64,000 nucleotides of DNA from the NCBI GenBank assembly GCA_963703315.1, contig OY969811.1, forward strand, positions 4,160,001 to 4,224,000. The letters are read 5' to 3'. The stretch comes from an uncultured cyanobacterium (GTDB lineage: Bacteria; Cyanobacteriota; Cyanobacteriia; Pseudanabaenales; Pseudanabaenaceae). The notes under the pieces are model-generated. The model did not search any database. It saw only the letters and a list, made by a program, of their open reading frames with translations, and had not been told where the DNA came from. Numbering within the stretch: the first letter of the stretch is position 1; the number at the start of each line of letters is the position of its first letter. Position numbers and translations under genes: made by a program. Positions 9,937 to 20,700 of this stretch are shown piece after piece.

Positions 9937-11304
9937 TTAAGCGCTAAATAATCCTAATGGCACTTGCTTTTCAGACGGAGAGAACCTCTTGCGAGAAATT
10001 AGAGACTCATACAGATAATGAATTTTTTCTGCAACTGCACTTTGACTATAGAGAGAATGCACTCGACGATAGCCTGAAGCTCCCATAGCTTGAGCCATTT
10101 GGGGATCTTCCAGTAACTTAGCGATCGCCTCAGCCAAAGCTTCTGGATCACGGATTGGCACTAATAAGCCAGTTAAACCATCTAGCACTGTTTCCTTCAA
10201 TCCACCGACTTTACTGGCAATTACAGGGGTTCCTGCTGCCATTGCCTCGATCGCCACTAACCCAAAAGGCTCATAATAGCTAGGAATCACACACATATCC
10301 GCCGCTGCATAGTAAGCAGGGATATCGGTTTGGTCGATCGCACCTGTAAAAGTGGCGATCGCATTTAAGCCCAGTTCATTCACTAAGCCACGAATGCGTT
10401 GTTGCTCTTCCGTATCGACACCACCTTGACGGCTACCACCAACAAAATAGATTTGGCATTGGTTTTTAAGTACCGATGGCAGTTGAGCGCAAGCTCTGAC
10501 TAAGGTTTCGATGCCCTTACGCTCATCAAAGCGACCTACATATAGAATCATTTTTGTGTTTTCGGCAATGCCCAACTGGTTGCGAGCAGAGGCTTGATCA
10601 ACTTGAGAGAAATGCTGAATATCGACACTGCAAGGAATGATCTGAATGTTGCCGTGCGGGGATACCAACTCACGAAGATCTTGCTGCTCTTGTAAACTAG
10701 TCGCAATCACACAGTCAGTCTGTTCTAGACAAGCCCATTCCACTCCTAAGCGCGAAAGTGCAATCTCTGGCAGTGGCTGATGATGATTCATCTCCTTGTA
10801 CTTAACGGCTCCCACCGAGTGATAAGTATGCACTTGAGGAATGTCCAGTCGCGATCGCAGTTGCATCCCAACCCATCCTGATAACCAATAATTAGAATGA
10901 ATCAGATTGTAAGTAAGTCTATTCTGCCGTTGAAAGTTGAGCCATGCTTCCACAAATGCGGGTAGATAGGGAAATAACTGGTCACGGTGAATAAATTCAG
11001 TAGGTCCAGCAGTGAGGCGGATTGTCCTACATCCATTGTTGTGTTGCACAATCTTAGGCTGTTCAGGATCTTCGCGACGGGTGAACATATCAACCTGACA
11101 GCCGCGTTTTGCTAGTGATAAGCCTAAAGATTTAACGTAGAGGTTTTGACCACCTGCACCATCCTTGCCAAGTTGGGCAGCAGGATCTCCATGTACTGAG
11201 ATTAGAGCATAACGATGTGGTGGGATAATTGGGATAGATAGACTTCGCTCTAAGATTTCAGTTTTCCATTTGGGCTGTGTAAATAGTTTGCTAGTCATAA
11301 TCAC
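9937..11304 (-). CDS. GT4 glycosyltransferase (single-domain SPS / MshA-like)
   Basis: ISVHGDP, AGGQNLYV, IHSNYWLSG, YVGRFDERKGIE and EPFGLVAIEAMAAG motifs; start may be the ATG at 11298. Confidence 0.85.
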   Translation of the reverse strand: MIMTSKLFTQPKWKTEILERSLSIPIIPPHRYALISVHGDPAAQLGKDGAGGQNLYVKSLGLSLAKRGCQVDMFTRREDPEQPKIVQHNNGCRTIRLTAGPTEFIHRDQLFPYLPAFVEAWLNFQRQNRLTYNLIHSNYWLSGWVGMQLRSRLDIPQVHTYHSVGAVKYKEMNHHQPLPEIALSRLGVEWACLEQTDCVIATSLQEQQDLRELVSPHGNIQIIPCSVDIQHFSQVDQASARNQLGIAENTKMILYVGRFDERKGIETLVRACAQLPSVLKNQCQIYFVGGSRQGGVDTEEQQRIRGLVNELGLNAIATFTGAIDQTDIPAYYAAADMCVIPSYYEPFGLVAIEAMAAGTPVIASKVGGLKETVLDGLTGLLVPIRDPEALAEAIAKLLEDPQMAQAMGASGYRRVHSLYSQSAVAEKIHYLYESLISRKRFSPSEKQVPLGLFSA

Positions 11305-11377
11305 ATCTCGATTAACGATGTGCTTAAACTAAGTTCTTTCTAGTTAGGAAAATGAGGTTGAAACGGGGATAATTCGG

Positions 11378-11437
11378 GAGTCTGTCTAAAGAGATAGAAT
11401 TAAATTCTCTCTCAAGAGTCTGTCTAAAGAGATAGAA
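11378..11437. promoter_or_regulatory. Exact 22-bp direct repeat, each copy containing an imperfect palindrome; putative tandem operator upstream of the GT4 gene
   Basis: GAGTCTGTCTAAAGAGATAGAA at 11378-11399 and 11416-11437. Confidence 0.5.
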
Positions 11438-11457
11438 CAAAGCGATTGCTTCAACCC

Positions 11458-11508
11458 AAAACTAGAGCTTGTGCCGCCCGCTACGCGGGCGGCACAAGCT
11501 CTAGTTTT
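11458..11508. repeat. Perfect 24-bp-arm palindrome with GC-TAC-GC apex
   Basis: AAAACTAGAGCTTGTGCCGCCCGC TAC GCGGGCGGCACAAGCTCTAGTTTT; may also terminate the fibrillin gene. Confidence 0.85.
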
Positions 11509-11527
11509 AGGTTTACGACTTAGAGTT

Positions 11528-12121
11528 TTAAATTCTTCTCAAAACAAATAGATTACCTTCATTGCCTCTACCAATTCGCAGATCTTGATCAAGATAGGTT
11601 GTCTCTAACCAACCTTTTTGATCTTCGCGTTTAATTTGGAAGTCGATCGCCAATAACTTCTTAGGCGATCGCAAAGTATCAATAAAACTATTCACATCCT
11701 GATAGCCCACCAAAGTTTGAGAGCCAGCTACTAAACGCTCAAAATTCACCTTGACTCGTTTCTCATTTACTACGGAGAAATTGGCACAGACGCTTACTAA
11801 TCCACCTAGTAGTGGCAAACCCTTAATTTCGGCAATATTGAAAATTTTGCCTTCAGTTACCCGCAAACATTGATAGATATTGCCTAGTTTATAAAATGGA
11901 AAGCGATCTATTCCTAAAAGCTCTTGACTGGTGGTAAATAGCAATAGCCAATTTCCATCTAATAACTCAGGGCTTTGTGTCGGTGCAGGGGTAGGATTTA
12001 GCTCTTCGAGATAGGCAACCGCCGAAAAAATTGCCTTGCGCTGATCCTCAGTCATATTCAAGCCGCGATTCACAGGGGCGATCGCCTGAAGGAGATTTGC
12101 TTTGCGAGTAGTACTAGTCAT
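11528..12121 (-). CDS. PAP/fibrillin family protein
   Basis: LEELNPTPAP, LDGNWLLLFTTS and GWLETTYLDQDLRIGRGNEGNLFVL motifs. Confidence 0.93.
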   Translation of the reverse strand: MTSTTRKANLLQAIAPVNRGLNMTEDQRKAIFSAVAYLEELNPTPAPTQSPELLDGNWLLLFTTSQELLGIDRFPFYKLGNIYQCLRVTEGKIFNIAEIKGLPLLGGLVSVCANFSVVNEKRVKVNFERLVAGSQTLVGYQDVNSFIDTLRSPKKLLAIDFQIKREDQKGWLETTYLDQDLRIGRGNEGNLFVLRRI

Positions 12122-12163
12122 AGCCTTGTTTTTACGATATTTCTGCGTATTTCTCAGGTATAA

Positions 12164-12235
12164 AAACTAAAAACTGTAAAGCGCAGCGTGCGTTACAGTT
12201 TTTAGTTCTGATTTTTAATTATGTCCAGCTACTTA
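12164..12235. mobile_element. MITE remnant: degenerate hairpin plus an AATTATGTCCAGCTACTTA terminus
   Basis: AACTAAAAACTGTAA...TTACAGTTTTTAGTT hairpin; the terminus resembles the TIR of the 54773 element; partner end not found. Confidence 0.45.
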
Positions 12236-12718
12236 TGACCAACTCGGCTCTCAGGATTATAAAAAATTAACAACCACAACATTGCGCTCACTAAAGAGCA
12301 TAATGTATGATATAGAATGTATTGGCAATAAAACAATATAAGCTTTAGATGTTGTAGATCTAAAGGCTCTTCTGGGTTCATGGAAATAAGCGCAGCTAAT
12401 AGTAGCCAGAAGCATTTCTGAGCAACAGTTATAGCTTTATCACGCCGCCAATTCTAGTGACTACGCTAATCAAACGTTAGCGATAGGTTTTTACTGCTTG
12501 GACATAGGTTCGCTTGAAATTGATTCAGAATCTACTTTGTAACTAAATAAATTTGATTTTCCTTAATCATAGTCTTAACCAACATTCTCAAATATATTAG
12601 TCAAGTTTTAGCTAAAAGTCAAGTCTTGATAGCTCGCTGCTATCAAAACCATGGAAATGTTTCAACATTTCCTCTAGAGAAACACGTCATCGCTTTTTAG
12701 TGAGGAAAATCGGAATTC

Positions 12719-15355
12719 ATGCCTAATCATAGTAAAAAAACTAACTCAAGGTCTTCATCCTATCGGTTGATAGCAGCGACATTGACAATGAGTGGGGTGT
12801 CATCTTTACTACCATACCTTGCGATCGCTCAAGTTGTGCCACCAACGCCAGCAGGTGTCCAAATCCTCAACCGTGCATCAGGTACTTATAGAGACCCAAA
12901 TAATCCTAATGACGAGATTAACGCCACTTCCAACACCGTCACCGTTACCGTCGCAGAGGTAGCAGGGATCACCAATGTGCCTGCGGGAATTATCGATGTC
13001 AACGGTGGTAGTGTATCCGTCAACGATGTAATTAACTTTGACTTTTTAGTTACGAATACAGGAAATGCTCCTACCAATATTGTTTTCCCCGCAATTGGTA
13101 ATATTACTACCCAAGGCTTAAACGCTGGTACATTGCAGTATCAATTAGACCTCAACAATGATGGAGATTTTCTTGATGCTGGTGAAGGCTTGCAGACAGG
13201 TACATTTACCACCACCACCCCAATTCCTGCGGGTAGCTCTGTGCGTGTCAGAGTTGTTGGCACAGTAACTGCCACAAACGCAGGTGATACCGTCAGTGTT
13301 CAACTAGGTAATACAGGATTAAATAACAACTCGGCTGGAACTCAAAATCAGCCAGACTCAGGGGCTGAGCCTCCTGCCGCAGGTGGTGAAGGTAGTAATG
13401 CTAATGAGGTTCGTACCGTCAACTTTGGTCCTGATTTACCCGTTAATGGTGAACGTGAAGCTTCAGCAATTCAATCAACGACAGTGGCTACGGCTGTTCG
13501 TAATATTGCCTTAGCCACTGTTCTAAAAACTAGAGCAGCTTACGATGCGGGGGTGGCAAATACAGTAGTAGATGATCGCCTCACCTATCGACTTAATTTA
13601 AGAGTTGCAGGGACATCTCCTGCTCCTGCCCAATTCACTCCAGCTAACCTCGAAGGAACTACAGTTAATGTTGATGGTTCTAGCGCAACTCCCCGCATCT
13701 TAATTTCTGACGTGATTCCCGCAGGAACCAGAATTGATGAAACATTTAATGCGGCTGCAAATTTACCTGCGGGTTGGCAAGCCGTCTATCAATATACTGG
13801 AACCGCCGCCGCTACTACACCTGTCGGCAGCGCTCCTCCAGCAGTAGCATGGTCAACTACCGCACCAACTGCTGGAACTGCACCAAATGTTGTCCGCGTT
13901 GGCTATATTTTTACAGGAACACTTGCTCCGGGCTTTAGTACTGAATTAGTTGCGAATGCTTTCCAATTCAGAGTGGTCACATCAGGATTGCCAGCTACAG
14001 GTGGGGTGATTAATAACATTGCTCAGGTATTTGGGGAAACCGTAGGCGATCCTACCAATCGCGTGGTCTATGACGAATCAGGCGACCAAAATCCCAATAA
14101 CTTTGAAGGAGCTACTCCGCCTGCTCCTGAAGGTACACTATATACACCTGCTACAGATACTGGTGTACCCGATCCTGCGGTACAAAATACTGACCCAAAT
14201 AACAACAACACAGGTACAGGACCTGGCGGGGAAGTCAACATTTTCCCAATTGTGCAAGCAGGTGGCATTCTGAATGGAACCAATAATGTTCCGGGGGCGA
14301 TCGGACGAAGTAATACCAACCAAGATGACTTTACTAACCGTTCTACACCTTTGATTGCCGCAGAATCAGTGCCTGGGCAAACAACTGCGTTTAATCCGCC
14401 ACCAATTATTTTTAACAACACCTTCCAAAACCCACCCAGCAACACGACTAACCTAGATACAGTAAGGTTGCTACCATTACCTCCTAATAATCCCTCTGTA
14501 CCTGGAGTGTCACAACAACCAGATGCAGACATTCCCATTGGTACAAGGGTGACAATTACTTTTGGTACACAGATCGCCGTGTATGACTATACAGCAGTAG
14601 GTGTTTATACCTTTAATGCAGGAGCAAGCTCTGGACTTCCTGTTGGTTCGACAAGCGTATTAGTCAATGGTTTAGCGCCCAACGTGCTGAATAACTATAC
14701 TGTCACGCTTGATTTGCCATCAGGTAATCAGAATACACTTCTATCTGTAGATCGTTTCTTGGCAAATGGAGCCGATCGTGCAGGTTTTAATGTACCGATT
14801 GTTGCTTTTGTGGATAACGACAATAATGGAGCCTTCGTTGCCGCGAATGATCCAATCTATAACATCACAATCGATCGCGGTTACACAGGTTATGTAAGGT
14901 TGCGGAAACAGTCTCAAGTCTTGCAAGGTACTAGTCCGCGCCCTGTCACTCCAGCCACAAATGGAGTGCTTGATGAAACGGCTAAGACCGCAGAACCGGG
15001 CAATATAATTCGCTATGTGATTGAGTACGTCAACTTCTCAACGCCTCTAACTGCGGCTGGTGCTGGTAGCGTAGTTCTAGATGCGGCAACCTTGGTGATT
15101 ACCGAAAATGGCGCAACTGCACCTAATAACTGGGCAGGCGTGTCATTACACTTTAACAATCCCGCCGTAGTTGGTGGATTTGCTCAAAATACTTTTGCTT
15201 CCCAAGGCACTGTTACTTTTAATGGCGCTGCAATCCCAGATCCAGCGACAGGAGCAGCTATCACGACTTATGTAAATAATGTCGGCACAATTCAGCCTGC
15301 AACAAATCCAGCCACCTTCCAAGGGTCTTTCCGTTTCCATCGTCAGTTGCAATAA
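12719..15355 (+). CDS. Secreted DUF11-type Ig-like repeat protein A (putative shaft subunit)
   Basis: Signal peptide (..LAIA/Q); N-terminal AGVQILNRASGTY..SNTVTVTV; internal VLKT..SDVIPAG..INNIA domain; C-terminal RLRKQ..PGNIIRYVIEYVN..FRFHRQLQ. Confidence 0.75.
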   Translation: MPNHSKKTNSRSSSYRLIAATLTMSGVSSLLPYLAIAQVVPPTPAGVQILNRASGTYRDPNNPNDEINATSNTVTVTVAEVAGITNVPAGIIDVNGGSVSVNDVINFDFLVTNTGNAPTNIVFPAIGNITTQGLNAGTLQYQLDLNNDGDFLDAGEGLQTGTFTTTTPIPAGSSVRVRVVGTVTATNAGDTVSVQLGNTGLNNNSAGTQNQPDSGAEPPAAGGEGSNANEVRTVNFGPDLPVNGEREASAIQSTTVATAVRNIALATVLKTRAAYDAGVANTVVDDRLTYRLNLRVAGTSPAPAQFTPANLEGTTVNVDGSSATPRILISDVIPAGTRIDETFNAAANLPAGWQAVYQYTGTAAATTPVGSAPPAVAWSTTAPTAGTAPNVVRVGYIFTGTLAPGFSTELVANAFQFRVVTSGLPATGGVINNIAQVFGETVGDPTNRVVYDESGDQNPNNFEGATPPAPEGTLYTPATDTGVPDPAVQNTDPNNNNTGTGPGGEVNIFPIVQAGGILNGTNNVPGAIGRSNTNQDDFTNRSTPLIAAESVPGQTTAFNPPPIIFNNTFQNPPSNTTNLDTVRLLPLPPNNPSVPGVSQQPDADIPIGTRVTITFGTQIAVYDYTAVGVYTFNAGASSGLPVGSTSVLVNGLAPNVLNNYTVTLDLPSGNQNTLLSVDRFLANGADRAGFNVPIVAFVDNDNNGAFVAANDPIYNITIDRGYTGYVRLRKQSQVLQGTSPRPVTPATNGVLDETAKTAEPGNIIRYVIEYVNFSTPLTAAGAGSVVLDAATLVITENGATAPNNWAGVSLHFNNPAVVGGFAQNTFASQGTVTFNGAAIPDPATGAAITTYVNNVGTIQPATNPATFQGSFRFHRQLQ

Positions 15356-15513
15356 CAATCCTAGTCTATCAGGATTTTCCAATGAGCATATACTCATTGG
15401 AAAATCCCCAAAGGTTGACTTAGCGAGGCTTTCGCCTTTTCAATTTACTAGACACAATTGAACAAGAATGCAAAACAGTCTAATTAAATTTTATTGAGGT
15501 TTTGGAATCAATC

Positions 15514-16095
15514 ATGAAAAAATTTGAAATTAAATCATTGTATCTAGCGGTTGGTGCGGTGGTGCTACCGATGTTGCTATTGTCTACCGCGATCGCTAGC
15601 AATACTAGTTCTACTAATTCTGCTGTTCAAGATCTACGAGTCGCCCAAAAACAGCAGCCTGTAGAATTATTACTAGCAGCCGAAAAGCGTCAAATCAGCC
15701 GTGATGAGTCAGGGAAAGACAAGATTTCTTGGAATGCACTTCCTTCTAATTCGCAAGTGATTCCCGGTAGTGTTTTGCGCTATACAGTAATTGCCAAAAA
15801 CAACACTAGTCGGAATATGCGTAACCTTACGGTAATTCAACCGATTCCTAATGGCATGGTGTACATCATTGCATCGGCAACTGCTTTAAATACATCAGGC
15901 GCTAAATTGGAATTTAGTATTGATGGCGGTAAAACTTTTAGCGTTAACCCAATTATTCGCGTGCGGGGTCGTGATGGCAAGATCGAAGAGCGTCCTGCTC
16001 CTGCTGATGCTTATACCCATGTGCGTTGGAACTTTGGGGAGAGTTTACCAGCAAATTCTCAGTTAACAGTTGCTTATCAGGTTCGCGTTAAGTAG
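15514..16095 (+). CDS. Small secreted single-DUF11 protein B
   Basis: Signal peptide; PGSVLRYTVIAKN, QPIPNGMVY, FSIDGGKTF, YTHVRW and terminal AYQVRVK. Confidence 0.8.
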   Translation: MKKFEIKSLYLAVGAVVLPMLLLSTAIASNTSSTNSAVQDLRVAQKQQPVELLLAAEKRQISRDESGKDKISWNALPSNSQVIPGSVLRYTVIAKNNTSRNMRNLTVIQPIPNGMVYIIASATALNTSGAKLEFSIDGGKTFSVNPIIRVRGRDGKIEERPAPADAYTHVRWNFGESLPANSQLTVAYQVRVK

Positions 16096-16140
16096 TTGAT
16101 GTAATGATGCACTGTGTCAAGCACAGTGCATCATTAACCA

Positions 16141-16176
16141 TGATTAAAACTGATTCATTGATTAAAACTGATTCAT
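16141..16176. repeat. Tandem 18-bp duplication, preceded by a palindrome at about 16102-16136
   Basis: TGATTAAAACTGATTCAT x2; TAATGATGCACTGTG..CACAGTGCATCATTA. Confidence 0.8.
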
Positions 16177-16208
16177 TCCGTTTGAATATCTAGAGTGATA
16201 GAACTTTG

Positions 16209-17711
16209 ATGAATATGCGATCGCTTAAAATAATAGTAAAGCGATATGCTTTCTTTTTCTGGCTGTGGCTGGGAAGTTTAGCGTTATGTCTTTGTCTGAT
16301 GAATAGTAGTGCTTACGGTCAAGCACGAAATTTTGAAGTGCGTAACCAAGCAAGTGGTAGCTATAACACTATAGGTGTAACTGATTCAGTTCAAACTTCT
16401 TCAACACAAACCAGTATTAATGGCGATCGCCTCATCGATCCTCTAGGTCAGATTCTCGATTGCGGAGGTAATGAGTTTGAGGATTACACTGGGTTTACGG
16501 TGGGATTATATCAAGCAGTTGGTAGCAATGGTGAAATTGGTGCTCCCATTGCTTTACCCCCAACCAATCCGCCAAACACGACTTCGCCGATAGGTATTGC
16601 TCCCAATATTGCCAACATTAATCCCTATGCAATCACTAATGTCGCAGTAAACGCTAGACGTGGTGTATATAACTTTCTGTTAAATACTAGTCAGACAACT
16701 TCAGGAAGTACCTACATCTTAGTTGTTAATCCACCTGCGAGCCTTGCTCTTGGACAGAGGCGCATTCGCATTGTCATTGGCACTCTTAATGGTATTCGTT
16801 TACCCTATACCGCAACAGCCGTAGATGGTAGACCAATTGGAGTGAACGGACTTTTTTCAGTTACTGATTCTGTCGTGGTTAACAATGCTGATGAAAATGC
16901 TTTATCCCTAGTTGCGATGCAACTGAATGCAGCTATATCTGTATGTGAAGCCCGCGAGATTCAAATTATCAAAACAGGCGATCGCGCTGCTGCTGAACCG
17001 GGAGATATTCCTTCCTATCGACTGACGATCAAAAATCTCACCAATACAACATTAAGCAATCTAGTGGCTACAGATTCTCTACCGATCGGATTGCGCTATG
17101 TGCAGAATTCCGCGAGAGCTTCTGTTAATGGCAACTTAGTTCCTGTTGCGGTTCAGGAAAATGGGAATAATTTAATCTTTGCGATCCAAGGACAAATACC
17201 TGCTGGAAAGGTAAGTGCTTTGGTTGCCTATGCGGTCACAGTCACTCCCGATGCCATCAGAGGGACTGGTAGGAATTCGGCTTCAGCCTCTGCCGTCAGA
17301 GTGGACAACAATTACACAGTTCGGGATGGTCCCGCTATTTTTACGATGCGAATTCGTCCTGGCATTGTTACTGATTGCGCTACTTTAATTGGCAGAGTCT
17401 TTGTAGATAAGAATTTTGATGGAGAGCAGCAGGATGGCGAACCGGGAGTTCCCAATGCTGTGGTGTTTATGGACGATGGTAATCGCATTGTTACCGATGC
17501 CAATGGATTATATTCTATTGCCAATGTGATTCCGGGCGATCGCACTGTGGTCTTAGATTTAAGTTCTTTGTCTGGATATACCTTAGCCCCCAACTTGTAC
17601 TTTATCGAACGAAACACTCAGTCTCGGCTGGTGCGTCTATCACCAGGTGGTTTAGCTAGGGCTAATTTTGCGGTAACTCCAACGTTTAGGGGTCTGGCAG
17701 GGCAACAATAA
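16209..17711 (+). CDS. Secreted DUF11 + SdrD-B-like protein C (putative base/adaptor)
   Basis: Signal peptide; VRNQASGSY; IIKTGDRAAAEPGD..TDSLPIG..GRNSASA; IGRVFVDKNFDGEQQDGEPGVP; its stop overlaps the next ATG (TAATG). Confidence 0.78.
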   Translation: MNMRSLKIIVKRYAFFFWLWLGSLALCLCLMNSSAYGQARNFEVRNQASGSYNTIGVTDSVQTSSTQTSINGDRLIDPLGQILDCGGNEFEDYTGFTVGLYQAVGSNGEIGAPIALPPTNPPNTTSPIGIAPNIANINPYAITNVAVNARRGVYNFLLNTSQTTSGSTYILVVNPPASLALGQRRIRIVIGTLNGIRLPYTATAVDGRPIGVNGLFSVTDSVVVNNADENALSLVAMQLNAAISVCEAREIQIIKTGDRAAAEPGDIPSYRLTIKNLTNTTLSNLVATDSLPIGLRYVQNSARASVNGNLVPVAVQENGNNLIFAIQGQIPAGKVSALVAYAVTVTPDAIRGTGRNSASASAVRVDNNYTVRDGPAIFTMRIRPGIVTDCATLIGRVFVDKNFDGEQQDGEPGVPNAVVFMDDGNRIVTDANGLYSIANVIPGDRTVVLDLSSLSGYTLAPNLYFIERNTQSRLVRLSPGGLARANFAVTPTFRGLAGQQ

Positions 17712-20700
17712 TGAAATATCTATTAAAAACCAATTTAAAGTCTCAATTGTGGTTACATTTACTTGGTTTTATCAGTTTGTGGCTAGGAATGACTGCATCT
17801 AGTGCGATCGCCTCCAACGCCATCAGCGATTCACAAGCATCTTCGCTTGCAACCGATCAACTATCTTTAACGCCAGATTCTCATCATGCCAATGCTGAGC
17901 CTACAGTACAAATCGCCGTCCAAACCACTCAACCAGAAAGTTCATCAAATCAACCACCAAATCAACCACCAAATCAACCACCAAATCAACCAGAGAATAA
18001 TGTAACATCACCGAAATTACCGACTGTAAACAAAGATCAATCTGCTTCGCAAGTCACCATTCTTTTTCCTGTGAACACATCCTTAATGGATGTACCTGCA
18101 ACTGCGGTGATCTTACGCATTCCCGTTGGCAGAGAAGTAGAACTATCAGTTAATGGTAGAAAGGTTAATCCTAATGCGATCGGTCGTTCTGAGGTGGACA
18201 CTAACGCGGGCGTCGTCACCCAAACTTGGTATGGTGTGACCCTAGATGAAGGTGAGAATAAAATTACCGCGAAGTTAGCTGGTAGTGATGCGAGTCAAAG
18301 TGTGATTGTGCGCCTGCGTAGTGCGGCTGCCAAAATTCAGGTCAGTACTCTAGAGTCAAGTATTCCTGCCGATGGTCGTACCACTGCGACAGTGCAGGGT
18401 TTACTGTTGGATGAAAAAGGCGATCGCTCTAATCGGAGTGCTTTTATCACACTCACTACCAGCGAAGGTGAGTTCATTGGCAATGATGCTCAGCCCGATC
18501 AACCCGGTTTTCAGGTAGAAGCAAGAGAAGGTAAATTTTCTGCAACCCTGCGTTCTGGACTCACTTCTGGCAATGTTCGTATTCGCGCTAGTTCCGTCAT
18601 TAATAATCGTGAGATTGAAGCCTTTACCCGAATTCAACTCGAAACTAATCTTCGTCCTTCGATCCTCACAGGAGTGGTTAGCTTACGGATAGGCGCAAGA
18701 GGAACTGATTACTATCGTAGTTTTCGTGATTTTCTGCCCACTGATGGCAATAACTCTAGCAATGTCGATTTTTATGCGGCGGCTTTTGGCACAGGTCGAG
18801 TTGGTGAGTGGTTAATCACAGGAGCATTTAATACCCGTCGGACTCTTAACGAAGATTGCGAAGGTAGAAGCCGTCTATTTCGAGATGTTCAATTTTGCCA
18901 GCAAGTCTATCCTGTCTATGGGGATAGTTCCACCTTAACCACTGAGACTCCTTCTCTAACTAGTGTGTTTTTACGAGCAGAGCGAACTTCTCCCGTTCCC
19001 AGAGCAGGTACTGATTTCTTGATGTGGGGAGATTTTCGCACTGAAGAATTTGCCAGTCGTTCTCAAGAGTTTACAGCATTTACTCGACAGTTAAATGGAT
19101 TGAAGTTTAACTATAATTTTGGCGACTTACAAGCCACAGGGTTGTATAGCAATAATACACGCGGATTTCAGCGCGATATTATTCCTCCCGATGGTACGAG
19201 TGGATTCTTTTTTCTCTCACGGCGGTTAGTCACCCCCGGTAGCGAAAATGTATTTGTGGAATCAGAAGAACTACTCCGTCCTGGTAATATTGTCCGCCGT
19301 GTCAAGCTCGATCGCAGTCAAGACTATGAGATTGATTACGATCGCGGTTCTCTGCAATTTCGTCAGCCAATCCTCCAAACAGATATCGGTACAGGTGGTG
19401 AAACCCTTGTGAGACGTATTATCGTTTCCTACGAATACGACAATGAAGGCGGCACTAGCAACGGTAGTAACAACAATAGTATTTATGCAGCCCAATTGCG
19501 CTATCACTTCAATCGCGAGATTGGGGCGGAAAGCTGGTTAGGAGCTAATTATTTTAAAGAAAATCAAGGAGCGCGGGACTTTCAACTCTATGGAGCTAAT
19601 GCTCTAATTTCCTTTGGCAAAAGTTCTTATATCATTGCCGAATATGCGCGATCGCAAAATAACTCCAGTGATTTACCCGCACCAGTTACAGGTTCGGCTT
19701 TTCGTTTTGAAGCCGTTAGCGAATTTATACAGGGAATTACGGCTAAGGCTTTCTATCGCCAAGCGGATACAGGCTTTGTGAATAATGCCACAATTAGCTT
19801 TGTACCCGGCCAGACAAGGTTGGGCGTTAGTCTGGATGCTAAGCTATCCGATGCTACTACACTCAGGGCAAGCTATGAGCGTGAAGAAAATCGCGGTATT
19901 GCCCCTCAACCATTTACGCTGACTAACTTTCTGGAGCTTAATCCTCAATCTCCAGCAGGAACTCCCGTTGACAATCGACTCAGCACTTTTACTGTGGGCT
20001 TCTTGCAAAAATTGGGGGCAGCCACTGCTGAACTTGATTTTCTGATGCGCGATCGCCAAGATAACTTAAACTCAACATTTTCTGGTGCTTCTAGTCAATT
20101 GCGATCGCGCTTCACCCTGCCAATTCTCGACAACTTAAAATTTATTGCTCAAAATGAGATCAGTCTATCGAATGCTCCTGATACTATTCTGCCCGATCGC
20201 ACAGCCCTAGTTTTAGATTGGCAAGTAATGGATGGTATTAGTTTGCGTCTAGGACAGCAGTGGTTTAGTAGTGGCGTACTTGCGGGTAGCACCTTTACTA
20301 CTGGGGAAGTTGTGGGCAATTACAAACTATTTCCTGACACCACACTTTTAGGACGATACACATTGGTGGGCGGCGCAAATACCACTAGCACCCAAGGAGC
20401 GATCGGCTTCAATCAACGCTGGGTAATTTCCCCCGGACTAAGAGTTGATTTTGGCTATGAAAGGATTTTTGGGAATGACCAAGTTAGAAATTCCGCAGGT
20501 GTTACGCAGGTGTTACAGCCTCTGACCACTGGCTCCAACACTTCTACCCTTGCACTTCAAAGTGGTGATAACTACAATATTGGCTTTGAATATACCGATA
20601 ATCCTGATTTTAAAGCAAGTGCGCGTTATGAATATCGCAACTCTTCGGCAGGGGCAAACTCAGTGATTAATGCCTCTGCGCTCGGTAAGATCACCCCTGC

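Noticed and set aside
11378..11437. Direct repeats here, at 16141-16176 and at 58740-58775 as mini-CRISPR arrays
   Set aside because: Only 2-3 units, spacers absent or 16 bp, and no cas genes in the window.
12320..12420. c-di-GMP-I (GEMM) riboswitch upstream of the DUF11 operon
   Set aside because: The CTGGG..TAGCCAG stem is reminiscent of P3, but I could not find the GGCAAA/GNRA/GACGCAAA core; an Infernal scan is needed.
17946..17992. AAATCAACCACC tandem repeat as a phase-variation switch
   Set aside because: The 12-bp unit keeps the reading frame and only changes the length of a QPPN linker.
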